A DNA stretch of 64,000 nt. Source: Macrostomum lignano. Taxonomy: Eukaryota. Position numbers and translations under genes: made by a program. Location of the stretch: the NCBI GenBank assembly GCA_002269645.1, contig NIVC01001054.1, forward strand, positions 84,744 to 148,743. The letters are read 5' to 3'. Shown here piece after piece: positions 48,211 to 60,838 of the stretch (position 1 is the stretch's first letter; each line of letters begins with the position of its first letter). The notes below the pieces were generated by a model. That model saw only the letters and a program-made list of their open reading frames with translations. It was not told the origin of the DNA and did not search any database.

Positions 48211-48639
48211 CTGATCACTGGCTTACCAATTTAAGAGCACTGACCTACTTAGTTATGAATGTTGATCCAGCAATGTTGATTCACCGAGAACGGGATTTCA
48301 GCCCCGGGCATGGGCAGTTGCAATAGCGAGGCCCAGTCAGGTACAGCACGGTGTCGCCTTCCTTGCCCTCGATGACGTACTTCACCATGCAGCAGCTGTG
48401 GATCTGCCGCACCTTGCCGCGGCTTTGCGACCGGGCGGGGCCTCCACCGTGACCGTGTCGAAGCAGCACTGCAGTAGACGCTGCACTTCAGTGGCACTGG
48501 CAGCGGTGGGGCCCGCTGACGTGGATCACCTCCTGACCATTGCAGTCTTCCACGGACATGTCGAATGCTCGCTGGTTGCCGCAGTACATGAGCTCGTAGT
48601 CTTCAGAGTCTGCGGCGCGTCGTTGAGATTTCCTTGGTC

Positions 48640-48790
48640 AAAGTGGGTCAATGTAGATCAATGTAGGTCAATGTGGGTCAATAAGGGTCAATAAGGGTCA
48701 ATGTGGGTCAATGTAGATCAATGTAGGTCGATGTGAGTCGATGTGGGTCGATGTGGATCAATGAATCGAATTGCATCGATGCGTCAAAGT
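48640..48790. repeat. 10-bp degenerate repeat (tcaatgtggg) in a scramblase intron
   Basis: Direct sequence. Confidence 0.8.
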
Positions 48791-49194
48791 GAGTCAATGG
48801 GTCAACATAGGTAAATAGGTCTCCCGCTTGTTGGAAGAATACCGTACAGTGCAGAATGCTTACGCTCTTCAGCAGTGTAGAAGATCTGCTGGCCCGCGGG
48901 ATTCTTGGATCACGAATTTGTTTGCTTGCTCCACCCTGGTCAGAGCTTCCAGGTAATCGATTTTCTAGTTCAGCATCACCTGATCTAGTGGCAGCAGGTA
49001 CTTCAGTCCCGGCGGGCAGCCGCTGTCAGCGGTAGGTTTTGGCATCCAGACCACCGGCTGCTTCTCCTGCTCTTCCCGAAGGTGCTGTACGAGTGCCGAC
49101 CGAACAAACATGGCCTGCAGATTGTGTAGAAATTGAAGAAGTTCTACCTGGCTTGAGTGTTCGATCTGCGCCCAGCAAATCAGCGTGAGTCTGA

Positions 49195-49590
49195 GCACCA
49201 AGGGGCTTTAGCACCAAGGGGCTTTAGCACCAAGGGGCTTTAGCACCAAGGGGCTTTAGCACCAAGGGGCTTTAGCACCAAGGGGCTTTAGCACCAAGGG
49301 GCTTTAGCACCAAGGGGCTTTAGCACCAAGGGGCGCCAGCACCAAGGGGCTTTAGCACCAAGGGGCTTTAGCACCAAGGGGCTTTAGCACCAAGGGGCTT
49401 TAGCACCAAGGGGCTTTAGCACCAAGGGGCTTTAGCACCAAGGGGCTTTAGCACCAAGGGGCTTTAGCACCAAGGGGCGCCAGCACCAAGGGGCTTTAGC
49501 ACCAAGGGGCTTTAGCACCAAGGGGCTTTAGCACCAAGGGGCTTTAGCACCAAGGGGCTTTAGCACCAAGGGGCTTTAGCACCAAGGGGC
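49195..49590. repeat. 16-bp minisatellite (gcaccaaggggcttta), followed by a CT-rich tract (49590-49845)
   Basis: Direct sequence. Confidence 0.95.
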
Positions 49591-49927
49591 ACTCCTTTCC
49601 CCTCTCCTCTCTCTCCTCCCCTCAACTCTCGCCTCTCCTCTCACCCGTTTCCTCTCTCTTCTCTCTCCTTTCTTTTCTCCCCTCTCCTTTCTTCTCTCTA
49701 CTCTTTCTTTCCTCTTCTCTCACCTCTCTCTGCTTTCCCCTCTTCGCCTTTCTCTCCTCTTATCTTCTATCGTTTCTCTCACCCCATCTCTCGCGTCTCC
49801 TCTCGCGTCTCTTCTCGTCTCTCTTCTCTAATCTTCTATTTCCTCACCTTTCCACACTCATATGGCCCACGGCCATGAGCTGAATTCTTTGTATGGCCCT
49901 TAAGGTACAAAAGTTTGTTGACCCATG

Positions 49928-50118
49928 TTTAGCTGGCAAATGTCTAGCTGGCAAATGTCTAGCTGGCAAATGTCTAGCTGGCAAATGTCTAGCTGGCAAA
50001 TGTCTAGCTGGCAAATGTCTAGCTGGCAAATGTCTAGCTTGCAAATGTCTAGCTGGCAAATGTCTAGCTGGCAAATGTCTAGCTGGCAAATGTCTAGCTG
50101 GCAAATGTCTAGCTGGCA
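49928..50118. repeat. 15-bp minisatellite (tctagctggcaaatg)
   Basis: Direct sequence. Confidence 0.95.
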
Positions 50119-50595
50119 TTTTTTTCAAAAAACTGAAAAAAACTGTTCAAGTTTTGCCAGTATGCATATTACTTGAAATACCATGAATTTCTTCAGTTCA
50201 ACCCTACACAACTTACTATTTGCTCAACATAAGCAGTATACAGCGAGTATTTGTTAAATTTTATGATGTTTTTCAAGTTCCCTGCTGCGTCGCGAGCGGC
50301 TCAAAAACCAATTATTTTGCAAGTGCATCTACTTTAAGTTCAGAAGTAGCAAAGTTAAACTATTCTAAATTTTGTACGTGCAAACTTCTAGTAAAGGTGA
50401 GCGGAGGTGCACTTGCCCACCGCACACTGAAGCCAGCCTAACCGTCACTTTCTGTTTTCATACGAGAAAATATTTCGCTTTTGAAAGGCCAGTGACACAT
50501 GCAGCTTAATTTGACGTTATAGCCAACTACTTGTGGTAGCTGAAATTGCATCTAGCTAAAGTTAGCGCGATAGACGTGTGCCTTCTATGTTAAAT

Positions 50596-53500
50596 GTGAC
50601 AACAGCATGTCTAAGAGGGTGACACCATCATGTCTAACAGGGTGACACCATCATGTCTAACAGGGTGACAACATCGTGTCTAACAGGGTGACAAGATCAT
50701 GTCTAACAGGGTGACACCATCATGTCTAACAGGGTCACAAGATCATGTCTAACAGGGTGACAAGATCATGTCTAACAGGGTGACACCATCATGTCTAACA
50801 GGGTGACACCATCATGTCTAACAGGGTGACAACATCGTGTCTAACAGGGTGACAAGATCATGTCTAACAGGGTGACACCATCATGTCTAACAGGGTCACA
50901 AGATCATGTCTAACAGGGTGACAAGATCATGTCTAACAGGGTGACACCATCATGTCTAACAGGGTGACAACATCGTGTCTAACAGGGTCACAAGATCATG
51001 TCTAACAGGGTGACAAGATCATGTCTAACAGGGTGACACCATCATGTCTAACAGGGTGACACCATCATGTCTAACAGGGTGAAAACATCGTGTCTAACAG
51101 GGTGACAACATCGTGTCTAACAGGGTGACACCATCATGTCTAACAGGGTGACACCATCATGTCTAACAGGGTGACACCATCATGTCTAACAGGGTGACAC
51201 CATCATGTCTAACAGGGTGAAAACATCGTGTCTAACAGGGTGACAACATCGTGTCTAACAGGGTGACACCATCATGTCTAACAGGGTGACACCATCATGT
51301 CTAACAGGGTGACACCATCATGTCTAACAGGGTGACACCATCATGTCTAACAGGGTGACACCATCATGTCTAACAGTGTGACAAGATTATACCTAACAGG
51401 GTGACACCATCATGTCTAACAGGGTGACCAGATCATGTCTAACAGGGTGACACCATCATGTCTAACAGGGTGACACCATCATGTCTAACAGGGTGACAAG
51501 ATCATGTCTAACAGGGTGACCAGATCATGTCTAACAGGGTCACAAGATCATGTCTAACAGGGTGACACCATCATGTCTAACAGGGTGACACCATCGTGTC
51601 TAACAGGGTGACAACATCGTGTCTAACAGGGTCACAAGATCATGTCTAACAGGGTGACAAGATCATGTCTAACAGGGTGACACAATCATGTCTAACAGGG
51701 TGACAAGATCATTTCTAACAGTGTGACAAGATTATACCTAACAGGGTGACACCATCATGTCTAACAAGGTGACCAGATCATGTCTAACAGGGTGACACCA
51801 TCATGTCTAACAGGGTGAAACCATCATGTCTAACAGGGTGACACCATCATGTCTAACAGGGTGAAACCATCATGTCTAACAGGGTGACCAGATCATGTCT
51901 AACAGGGTGACACCATCATGTCTAACAGGGTGAAACCATCATGTCTAACAGGGTGACACCATCATGTCTAACAGGGTGAAACCATCATGTCTAACAGGGT
52001 GACACCATCATGTCTAACAGGGTGACACCATAATGTCTAACAGGGTGACACCATCATGTCTAACAGTGTGACAAGATTATACCTAACAGGGTGACACCAT
52101 CATGTCTAACAGGGTGACCAGATCATGTCTAACAGGGTGACACCATCATGTCTAACAGGGTGACACCATCATGTCTAACAGGGTGACACCATCATGTCTA
52201 ACAGGGTGACAAGATCATGTCCAACAGGGTGACACCATAATGTCTAACAGGGTGACACCATCATGTCTAACAGGGTGACACCATCATGTCTAACAGGGTG
52301 ACAAGATCATTTCTAACAGTGTGACAAGATTATACCTAACAGGGTGACACCATCATGTCTAACAGGGTGACAACATCGTGTCTAACAGGGTGACACCATC
52401 ATGTCTAACAGGGTGACAAGATCATGCCTAACAGGGTGACACCATCATGTCTAACAGGGTGACACCATCATGTCTAAGAGGGTGACAAGATCATGTCTAA
52501 CAGGGTGACAAGATCATGTCTAACCGGGTGACACCATCATGTCTAACAGGGTGACAAGATCATGTCTAACAGGGTGACAAGATCATGTCTAACAGGGTGA
52601 CAAGATCATGTCTAACAGGGTGACAAGATCATGTCTAAGAGGGTGACAAGATCATGTCTAACAGGGTGACAAGATCATGTCTAACAGGGTGACAAGATCA
52701 TGTCTAACAGGGTGACAAGATTATGTCTAACAGGGTGACAATATCATATCTAACAGGGTGACACCATCATGTCTAACAGTGTGACAAGATCATGTTTAAC
52801 AGGGTGACACCATCATGTCTAACAGGGTGACCAGATCATGTCTAACAGGGTGACCAGATCATGTCTAACAGGGTGACACAATCATGTCTAACAGGGTGAC
52901 AAGATCATGTCTAACAGGGTGACACCATCATGTCTAACAGGGTGACCAGATCATGTCTAACAGGGTGACAAGATCATGTCTAACAGGGTGACAAGATCAT
53001 GTCTAACAGGGTGACAAGATCATTTCTAACAGTGTGACAAGATCATACCTAACAGGGTGACACCATCATGTCTAACAGGGTGACCAGATCATGTCTAACA
53101 GGGTGACACCATCGAGTCTAACAGGGTGACAAGATCATGTCTAACAGGGTGACACCATCATGTCTAACAGTGTGACAAGATCATTTCTAACAGTGTGACA
53201 AGATCATACCTAACAGGGTGACACCATCATGTCTAACAGGGTGACCAGATCATGTCTAACAGGGTCACAAGATCATGTCTAACAGGGTGACACCATCATG
53301 TCTAACAGGGTGACAAGATCATGTCTAACAGGGTCACAAGATCATGTCTAACAGGGTGACAAGATCATGTCTAACAGGGTGACACCATCATGTCTAACAG
53401 GGTGACAACATCGTGTCTAACAGGGTCACAAGATCATGTCTAACAGGGTGACAAGATCATGTCTAACAGGGTGACACCATCATGTCTAACAGGGTGACAC

Positions 53501-56500
53501 CATCATGTCTAACAGGGTGAAAACATCGTGTCTAACAGGGTGACAACATCGTGTCTAACAGGGTGACACCATCATGTCTAACAGGGTGACACCATCATGT
53601 CTAACAGGGTGACACCATCATGTCTAACAGGGTGACAACATCGTGTCTAACAGGGTCACAAGATCATGTCTAACAGGGTGACAAGATCATGTCTAACAGG
53701 GTGACACCATCATGTCTAACAGGGTGACAAGATCATGTCTAACAGGGTGACACCATCATGTCTAACAGGGTGACAACATCGTGTCTAACAGGGTGACAAC
53801 ATCATGTCTAACAGGTGACAAGATCATGTCTAACAGGTGACACCATCATGTCTAACAGGTGACACCATCATGTCTAACAGGGTGACACATCGTGTCTAAC
53901 AGGGTGACAAACATCGTGTCTAACAGGGTGACACCATCATGTCTAACAGGGTGACACCATCATGTCTAACAGGGTGACAGCATCATGTCTAACAGGGTGA
54001 CACCATCATGTCTAACAGGGTGAAACCATCATGTCTAACAGGGTGACCAGATCATCATGTCGATCTGAAACCAACATATCTTTAGCTCAGCGGTGAACGC
54101 GTCTGACTCTCGCGCTGCGACCCAGTTGGTTCAGTTCCGTTCTTTCTGAAATTGATCACATACCTGAGGCTGATTCTGGGGATGAGCCGCGTGCACGTCC
54201 GGGACCGATGGTCAACCCCGACCGGCATAGCAACGGAGGGGTGGTGGCGCTTAAAAACGTCTCGCACAAGAAGACAGCAAAAGAGCGCTGAACTGAGCCC
54301 CTCCCCAGATGCTCCAACTCAACCAGAGGAAAACCGTCAGGTCGAACCGCCTAATCAGCTCACCCCCGTAGTAACGGACCTGTCTAGTGCTATCGTAATT
54401 GCAAGCGCTGTTTGTGTTTGCCGTCGTTAGGCAAGCGTTATCTAACCATCATAGCAGCTGACAAGATCATGTCTAACAGGGTGACAAGATCATGTCTAAC
54501 AGGGTGACAAGATCATGTCTAACAGGGTCACAAGATCATGTCTAACAGGGTGACAAGATCATGTCTAACAGGGTGACAAGATCATGTCTAACAGGGTGAC
54601 AAGATCATGTCTAACAGGGTGACAAGATCATTTCTAACAGTGTGACAAGATCATACCTAACAGGGTGACACCATCATGTCTAACAGGGTGACCAGATCAT
54701 GTCTAACAGGGTGAAACCATCGAGTCTAACAGGGTGACAAGATCATGTCTAACAGGGTGACACTATCATGTCTAACAGTGTGACAAGATCATTTCTAACA
54801 GTGTGACAAGATCATACCTAACAGGGTGACACCATCATGTCTAACAGGGTGACCAGATCATGTCTAACAGGGTCACAAGATCATGTCTAACAGGGTGACA
54901 AGATCATGTCTAACAGGGTGACACCATCATGTCTAACAGGGTGACAAGATCATGCCTAACAGGGTGACACCATCATGTCTAACAGGGTGACAAGATCATG
55001 CCTAACAGGGTGACACCATCATGTCTAACAGGGTGACAAGATCATGTCTAACAGGGTGGCAAGATCATGTCTAACAGGGTGACAAGATCATGTCTAACAG
55101 GGTGGCAAGATCATGTCTAACAGGGTGAAACCATCATGTCTAAGAGGGTGACAAGATCATGTCTAACAGGGTGACAAGATCATGTCTAACAGGGTGACAC
55201 CATCATGTCTAACAGGGTGACAAGATCATGTCTAACAGGGTCACAAGATCATGTCTAACAGGGTGACAAGATCATGTCTAACAGGGTGACACCATCATGT
55301 CTAACAGGGTGACAACATCGTGTCTAACAGGGTCACAAGATCATGTCTAACAGGGTGACAAGATCATGTCTAACAGGGTGACAAGATCATGTCTAACAGG
55401 GTGACAAGATCATACCTAACAGGGTGACACCATCATGTCTAACAGGGTGACAAGATCATGTCTAACAGGGTCACAAGATCATGTCTAACAGGGTGACAAG
55501 ATCATGTCTAACAGGGTGACACCATCATGTCTAACAGGGTGACAAGATCATGTCTAACAGGGTGACACCATCATGTCTAACAGGGTGACAAGATCATGTC
55601 TAACAGGGTGACACCATCATGTCTAACAGGGTGACAAGATCATGTCTAACAGGGTGACACCATCATGTCTAACAGGGTGACAACATCGTGTCTAACAGGG
55701 TGACAACATCGTGTCTAACAGGTTCACAAGATCATGTCTAACAGGGTGACAAGATCATGTCTAACAGAGTGACACCATCATGTCTAACAGGGTGACACCA
55801 TCATGTCTAACAGGGTGAAAACATCGTGTCTAACAGGGTGACAACATCGTGTCTAACAGGGTGACACCATCATGTCTAACAGGGTGACACCATCATGTCT
55901 AACAGGGTGACACTATCATGTCTAACAGGGTGACACCATCATGTCTAACAGGGTGAAACCATCATGTCTAACAGGGTGACCAGATCATCATGTCGATCTG
56001 AAACCAACATATCTTTAGCTCAGCGGTGAACGCGTCTGACTCTCGCGCTTCGACCCAGTTGGTTCAGTTCCGTTCTTTCTGAAATTGATCACATACCTGA
56101 GGCTGATTCTGGGGATGAGCCGCGTGCACGTCCGGGACCGATGGTCAACCCCGACCGGCATAGCAACGGAGGGGTGGTGGCGCTTAAAAACGTCTCGCAC
56201 AAGAAGACAGCAAAAGAGCGCTGAACTGAGCCCCTCCCCAGATGCTCCAACTCAACCAGAGGAAAACCGTCAGGTCGAACCGCCTAATCAGCTCACCCCC
56301 GTAGTAACGGACCTGTCTAGTGCTATCGTAATTGCAAGCGCTGTTTGTGTTTGCCGTCGTTAGGCAAGCGTTATCTAACCATCATAGCAGCTGACAAGAT
56401 CATGTCTAACAGGGTGACAAGATCATGTCTAACAGGGTGACCAGATCATGTCTAACAGGGTGACACCATCATGTCTAACAGTGTGACAAGATCATTTCTA

Positions 56501-59500
56501 ACAGTGTGACAAGATCATACCTAACAGGGTGACACCATCATGTCTAACAGGGTGACTAGATCATGTCTAACAGGGTCACAAGATCATGTCTAACAGGGTG
56601 ACAAGATCATGTCTAACAGGGTGACACCATCATGTCTAACAGGGTGACAAGATCATGCCTAACAGGGTGACACCATCATGTCTAACAGGGTGACAAGATC
56701 ATGCCTAACAGGGTGACACCATCATGTCTAACAGGGTGACAAGATCATGTCTAACAGGGTGGCAAGATCATGTCTAACAGGGTGACAAGATCATGTCTAA
56801 CAGGGTGACAAGATCATGTCTAACAGGGTGACAAGATCATTTCTAACAGTGTGACAAGATTATACCTAACAGGGTGACACCATCATGTCTAACAGGGTGA
56901 CCAGATCATGTCTAACAGGGTGACACCATCATGTCTAACAGGGTGACAAGATCATGCCTAACAGGGTGACACCATCATGTCTAACAGGGTGACAAGATCA
57001 TGTCTAACAGGGTAGCAAGATCATGTCTAACAGGGTGACAAGATCATGTCTAACAGGGTGACAAGATCATGTCTAACAGGGTGACAAGATCATGTCTAAC
57101 CGGGTGACACCATCATGTCTAAAAGGGTGACAAGATCATGTCTAACAGGGTGACAAGATCATGTCTAACAGGGTCACAAGATCATGTCTAACAGGGTGAC
57201 AAGATCATGTCTAACAGGGTGACAAGATCATGTCTAACAGGGTGACAAGATCATGTCTAACAGGGTGACAAGATCATTTCTAACAGTGTGACAAGATCAT
57301 ACCTAACAGGGTGACACCATCATGTCTAACAGGGTGACCAGATCATGTCTAACAGGGTGAAACCATCGAGTCTAACAGGGTGACAAGATCATGTCTAACA
57401 GGGTGACACTATCATGTCTAACAGTGTGACAAGATCATTTCTAACAGTGTGACAAGATCATACCTAACAGGGTGACACCATCATGTCTAACAGGGTGACC
57501 AGATCATGTCTAACAGGGTCACAAGATCATGTCTAACAGGGTGACAAGATCATGTCTAACAGGGTGACACCATCATGTCTAACAGGGTGACAAGATCATG
57601 CCTAACAGGGTGACACCATCATGTCTAACAGGGTGACAAGATCATGCCTAACAGGGTGACACCATCATGTCTAACAGGGTGACAAGATCATGTCTAACAG
57701 GGTGGCAAGATCATGTCTAACAGGGTGACAACATCGTGTCTAACAGGGTCACAAGATCATGTCTAACAGGGTGACAAGATCATGTCTAACAGGGTGACAA
57801 GATCATGTCTAACAGGGTGACAAGATCATACCTAACAGGGTGACACCATCATGTCTAACAGGGTGACAAGATCATGTCTAACAGGGTCACAAGATCATGT
57901 CTAACAGGGTGACAAGATCATGTCTAACAGGGTGACACCATCATGTCTAACAGGGTGACAAGATCATGTCTAACAGGGTGACACCATCATGTCTAACAGG
58001 GTGACAAGATCATGTCTAACAGGGTGACACCATCATGTCTAACAGGGTGACAAGATCATGTCTAACAGGGTGACACCATCATGTCTAACAGGGTGACAAC
58101 ATCGTGTCTAACAGGGTGACAACATCGTGTCTAACAGGTTCACAAGATCATGTCTAACAGGGTGACAAGATCATGTCTAACAGAGTGACACCATCATGTC
58201 TAACAGGGTGACACCATCATGTCTAACAGGGTGAAAACATCGTGTCTAACAGGGTGACAACATCGTGTCTAACAGGGTGACACCATCATGTCTAACAGGG
58301 TGACACCATCATGTCTAACAGGGTGACACTATCATGTCTAACAGGGTGACACCATCATGTCTAACAGGGTGAAACCATCATGTCTAACAGGGTGACCAGA
58401 TCATCATGTCGATCTGAAACCAACATATCTTTAGCTCAGCGGTGAACGCGTCTGACTCTCGCGCTTCGACCCAGTTGGTTCAGTTCCGTTCTTTCTGAAA
58501 TTGATCACATACCTGAGGCTGATTCTGGGGATGAGCCGCGTGCACGTCCGGGACCGATGGTCAACCCCGACCGGCATAGCAACGGAGGGGTGGTGGCGCT
58601 TAAAAACGTCTCGCACAAGAAGACAGCAAAAGAGCGCTGAACTGAGCCCCTCCCCAGATGCTCCAACTCAACCAGAGGAAAACCGTCAGGTCGAACCGCC
58701 TAATCAGCTCACCCCCGTAGTAACGGACCTGTCTAGTGCTATCGTAATTGCAAGCGCTGTTTGTGTTTGCCGTCGTTAGGCAAGCGTTATCTAACCATCA
58801 TAGCAGCTGACAAGATCATGTCTAACAGGGTGACAAGATCATGTCTAACAGGGTGACAAGATCATGTCTAACAGGGTGACCAGATCATGTCTAACAGGGT
58901 GACACCATCATGTCTAACAGTGTGACAAGATCATTTCTAACAGTGTGACAAGATCATACCTAACAGGGTGACACCATCATGTCTAACAGGGTGACCAGAT
59001 CATGTCTAACAGGGTCACAAGATCATGTCTAACAGGGTGACAAGATCATGTCTAACAGGGTGACACCATCATGTCTAACAGGGTGACAAGATCATGCCTA
59101 ACAGGGTGACACCATCATGTCTAACAGGGTGACAAGATCATGCCTAACAGGGTGACACCATCATGTCTAACAGGGTGACAAGATCATGTCTAACAGGGTG
59201 GCAAGATCATGTCTAACAGGGTGACAAGATCATGTCTAACAGGGTGACAAGATCATGTCTAACAGGGTGACAAGATCATTTCTAACAGTGTGACAAGATT
59301 ATACCTAACAGGGTGACACCATCATGTCTAACAGGGTGACCAGATCATGTCTAACAGGGTGACACCATCATGTCTAACAGGGTGACAAGATCATGCCTAA
59401 CAGGGTGACACCATCATGTCTAACAGGGTGACAAGATCATGTCTAACAGGGTAGCAAGATCATGTCTAACAGGGTGACAAGATCATGTCTAACAGGGTGA

Positions 59501-60362
59501 CAAGATCATGTCTAACAGGGTGACAAGATCATGTCTAACCGGGTGACACCATCATGTCTAACAGGGTGACAAGATCATGTCTAACAGGGTGACAAGATCA
59601 TGTCTAACAGGGTGACAAGATCATGTCTAACAGGGTGACAAGATCATGTCTAAGAGGGTGACAAGATCATGTCTAGCAGGGTGACAAGATCATGTCTAAC
59701 AGGGTGACAAGATCATACCTAACAGGGTGACAAGATCATGTCTAACAGGGTGACAAGATCATGTCTAACAGGGTGACAAGATCATACCTAACAGGGTGAC
59801 ACCATCATGTCTAACAGGGTGACAAGATCATGTCTAACAGGGTCACAAGATCATGTCTAACAGGGTGACAAGATCATGTCTAACAGGGTGACACCATCAT
59901 GTCTAACAGGGTGACAAGATCATGTCTAACAGGGTGACACCATCATGTCTAACAGGGTGACAAGATCATGTCTAACAGGGTGACACCATCATGTCTAACA
60001 GGGTGACAAGATCATGTCTAACAGGGTGACACCATCATGTCTAACAGGGTGACAAGATCATGCCTAACAGGGTGACACCATCATGTCTAACAGGGTGACA
60101 AGATCATGCCTAACAGGGTGACACCATCATGTCTAACAGGGTGACAAGATCATGTCTAACAGGGTAGCAAGATCATGTCTAACAGGGTGACAAGATCATG
60201 TCTAACAGGGTGGCAAGATCATGTCTAACAGGGTGAAACCATCATGTCTAAGAGGGTGACAAGATCATGTCTAACAGGGTGACAAGATCATGTCTAACAG
60301 GGTGACAAGATCATGTCTAACAGGGTGAAACCATCATGTCTAACAGGGTGACACCATCATGT
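50596..60362. repeat. ~9.8 kb 23-bp satellite (gtgac[acc/aag/cag/aac]atc[a/g]tgtctaacagg) with embedded 402-bp cassettes
   Basis: Period 23 (ggtgac at 50641 and 50664). Cassettes at 54061-54462, 55994-56395, 58410-58811; a fourth at 60363-60769 closes the array. Confidence 0.97.
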
Positions 60363-60838
60363 CGATCTGAAACCAACATATCTTTAGCTCAGCGGTGAAC
60401 GCGTCTGACTCTCGCGCTGCGACCCAGTTGGTTCAGTTCCGTTCTTTCTGAAATTGATCACATACCTGAGGCTGATTTTGGGGATGAGCCGCGTGCACGT
60501 CCGGGACCGATGGTCAACCCCGACCGGCATAGCAACGGAGGGGTGGTGGCGCTTAAAAACGTCTCGCACAAGAAGACAGCAAAAGAGCGCTGAACTGAGC
60601 CCCTCCCCAGATGCTCCAACTCAACCAGAGGAAAACCGTCAGGTCGAACCGCCTAATCAGCTCACCCCCGTAGTAACGGACCTGACCTGTCTAGTGCTAT
60701 CGTAATTGCAAGCGCTGTTTGTGTTTGCCGTCGTTAGGCAAGCGTTATCTAACCATCATAGCAGCTGACGTAGCAGACACCGCATCCAAGTACAATGTAC
60801 AATATGATCATGATTTTTCATGCAGCTACATGTATAGG

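Larger units (their letters stand above)
47631..49114 (-). pseudogene. PLSCR: Phospholipid scramblase-like gene with disablements (or sequence errors); exons 49114-48864, 48609-48285, 47949-47788, 47684-47631
   Basis: WMPKP...CPPGLKYLLPLDQVMLN*KIDYLEALT, QQIFYTAEE, CCFDTVTVEAPPG, LYLTGP, IAKKWTNLMQEYFTLADNFGISFPKDL...IIGACFLI|DFMYFE. GT-AG junctions; an in-frame TAG at 48965-48967 and several 1-nt indels. Possible first exon MAVGHMSVER at 49876-49848. Confidence 0.8.

Noticed and set aside
54152-54430. 92 aa ORF in the satellite cassette as a real gene
   Set aside because: Non-ATG start, no recognisable motif, and altered in copy 4; function left open.
50596-60362. CRISPR-like array (repeats with interspersed cassettes)
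   Set aside because: Units are contiguous with only a few variable bases and no unique spacers; the cassettes are mutually identical; no cas genes; eukaryotic context.
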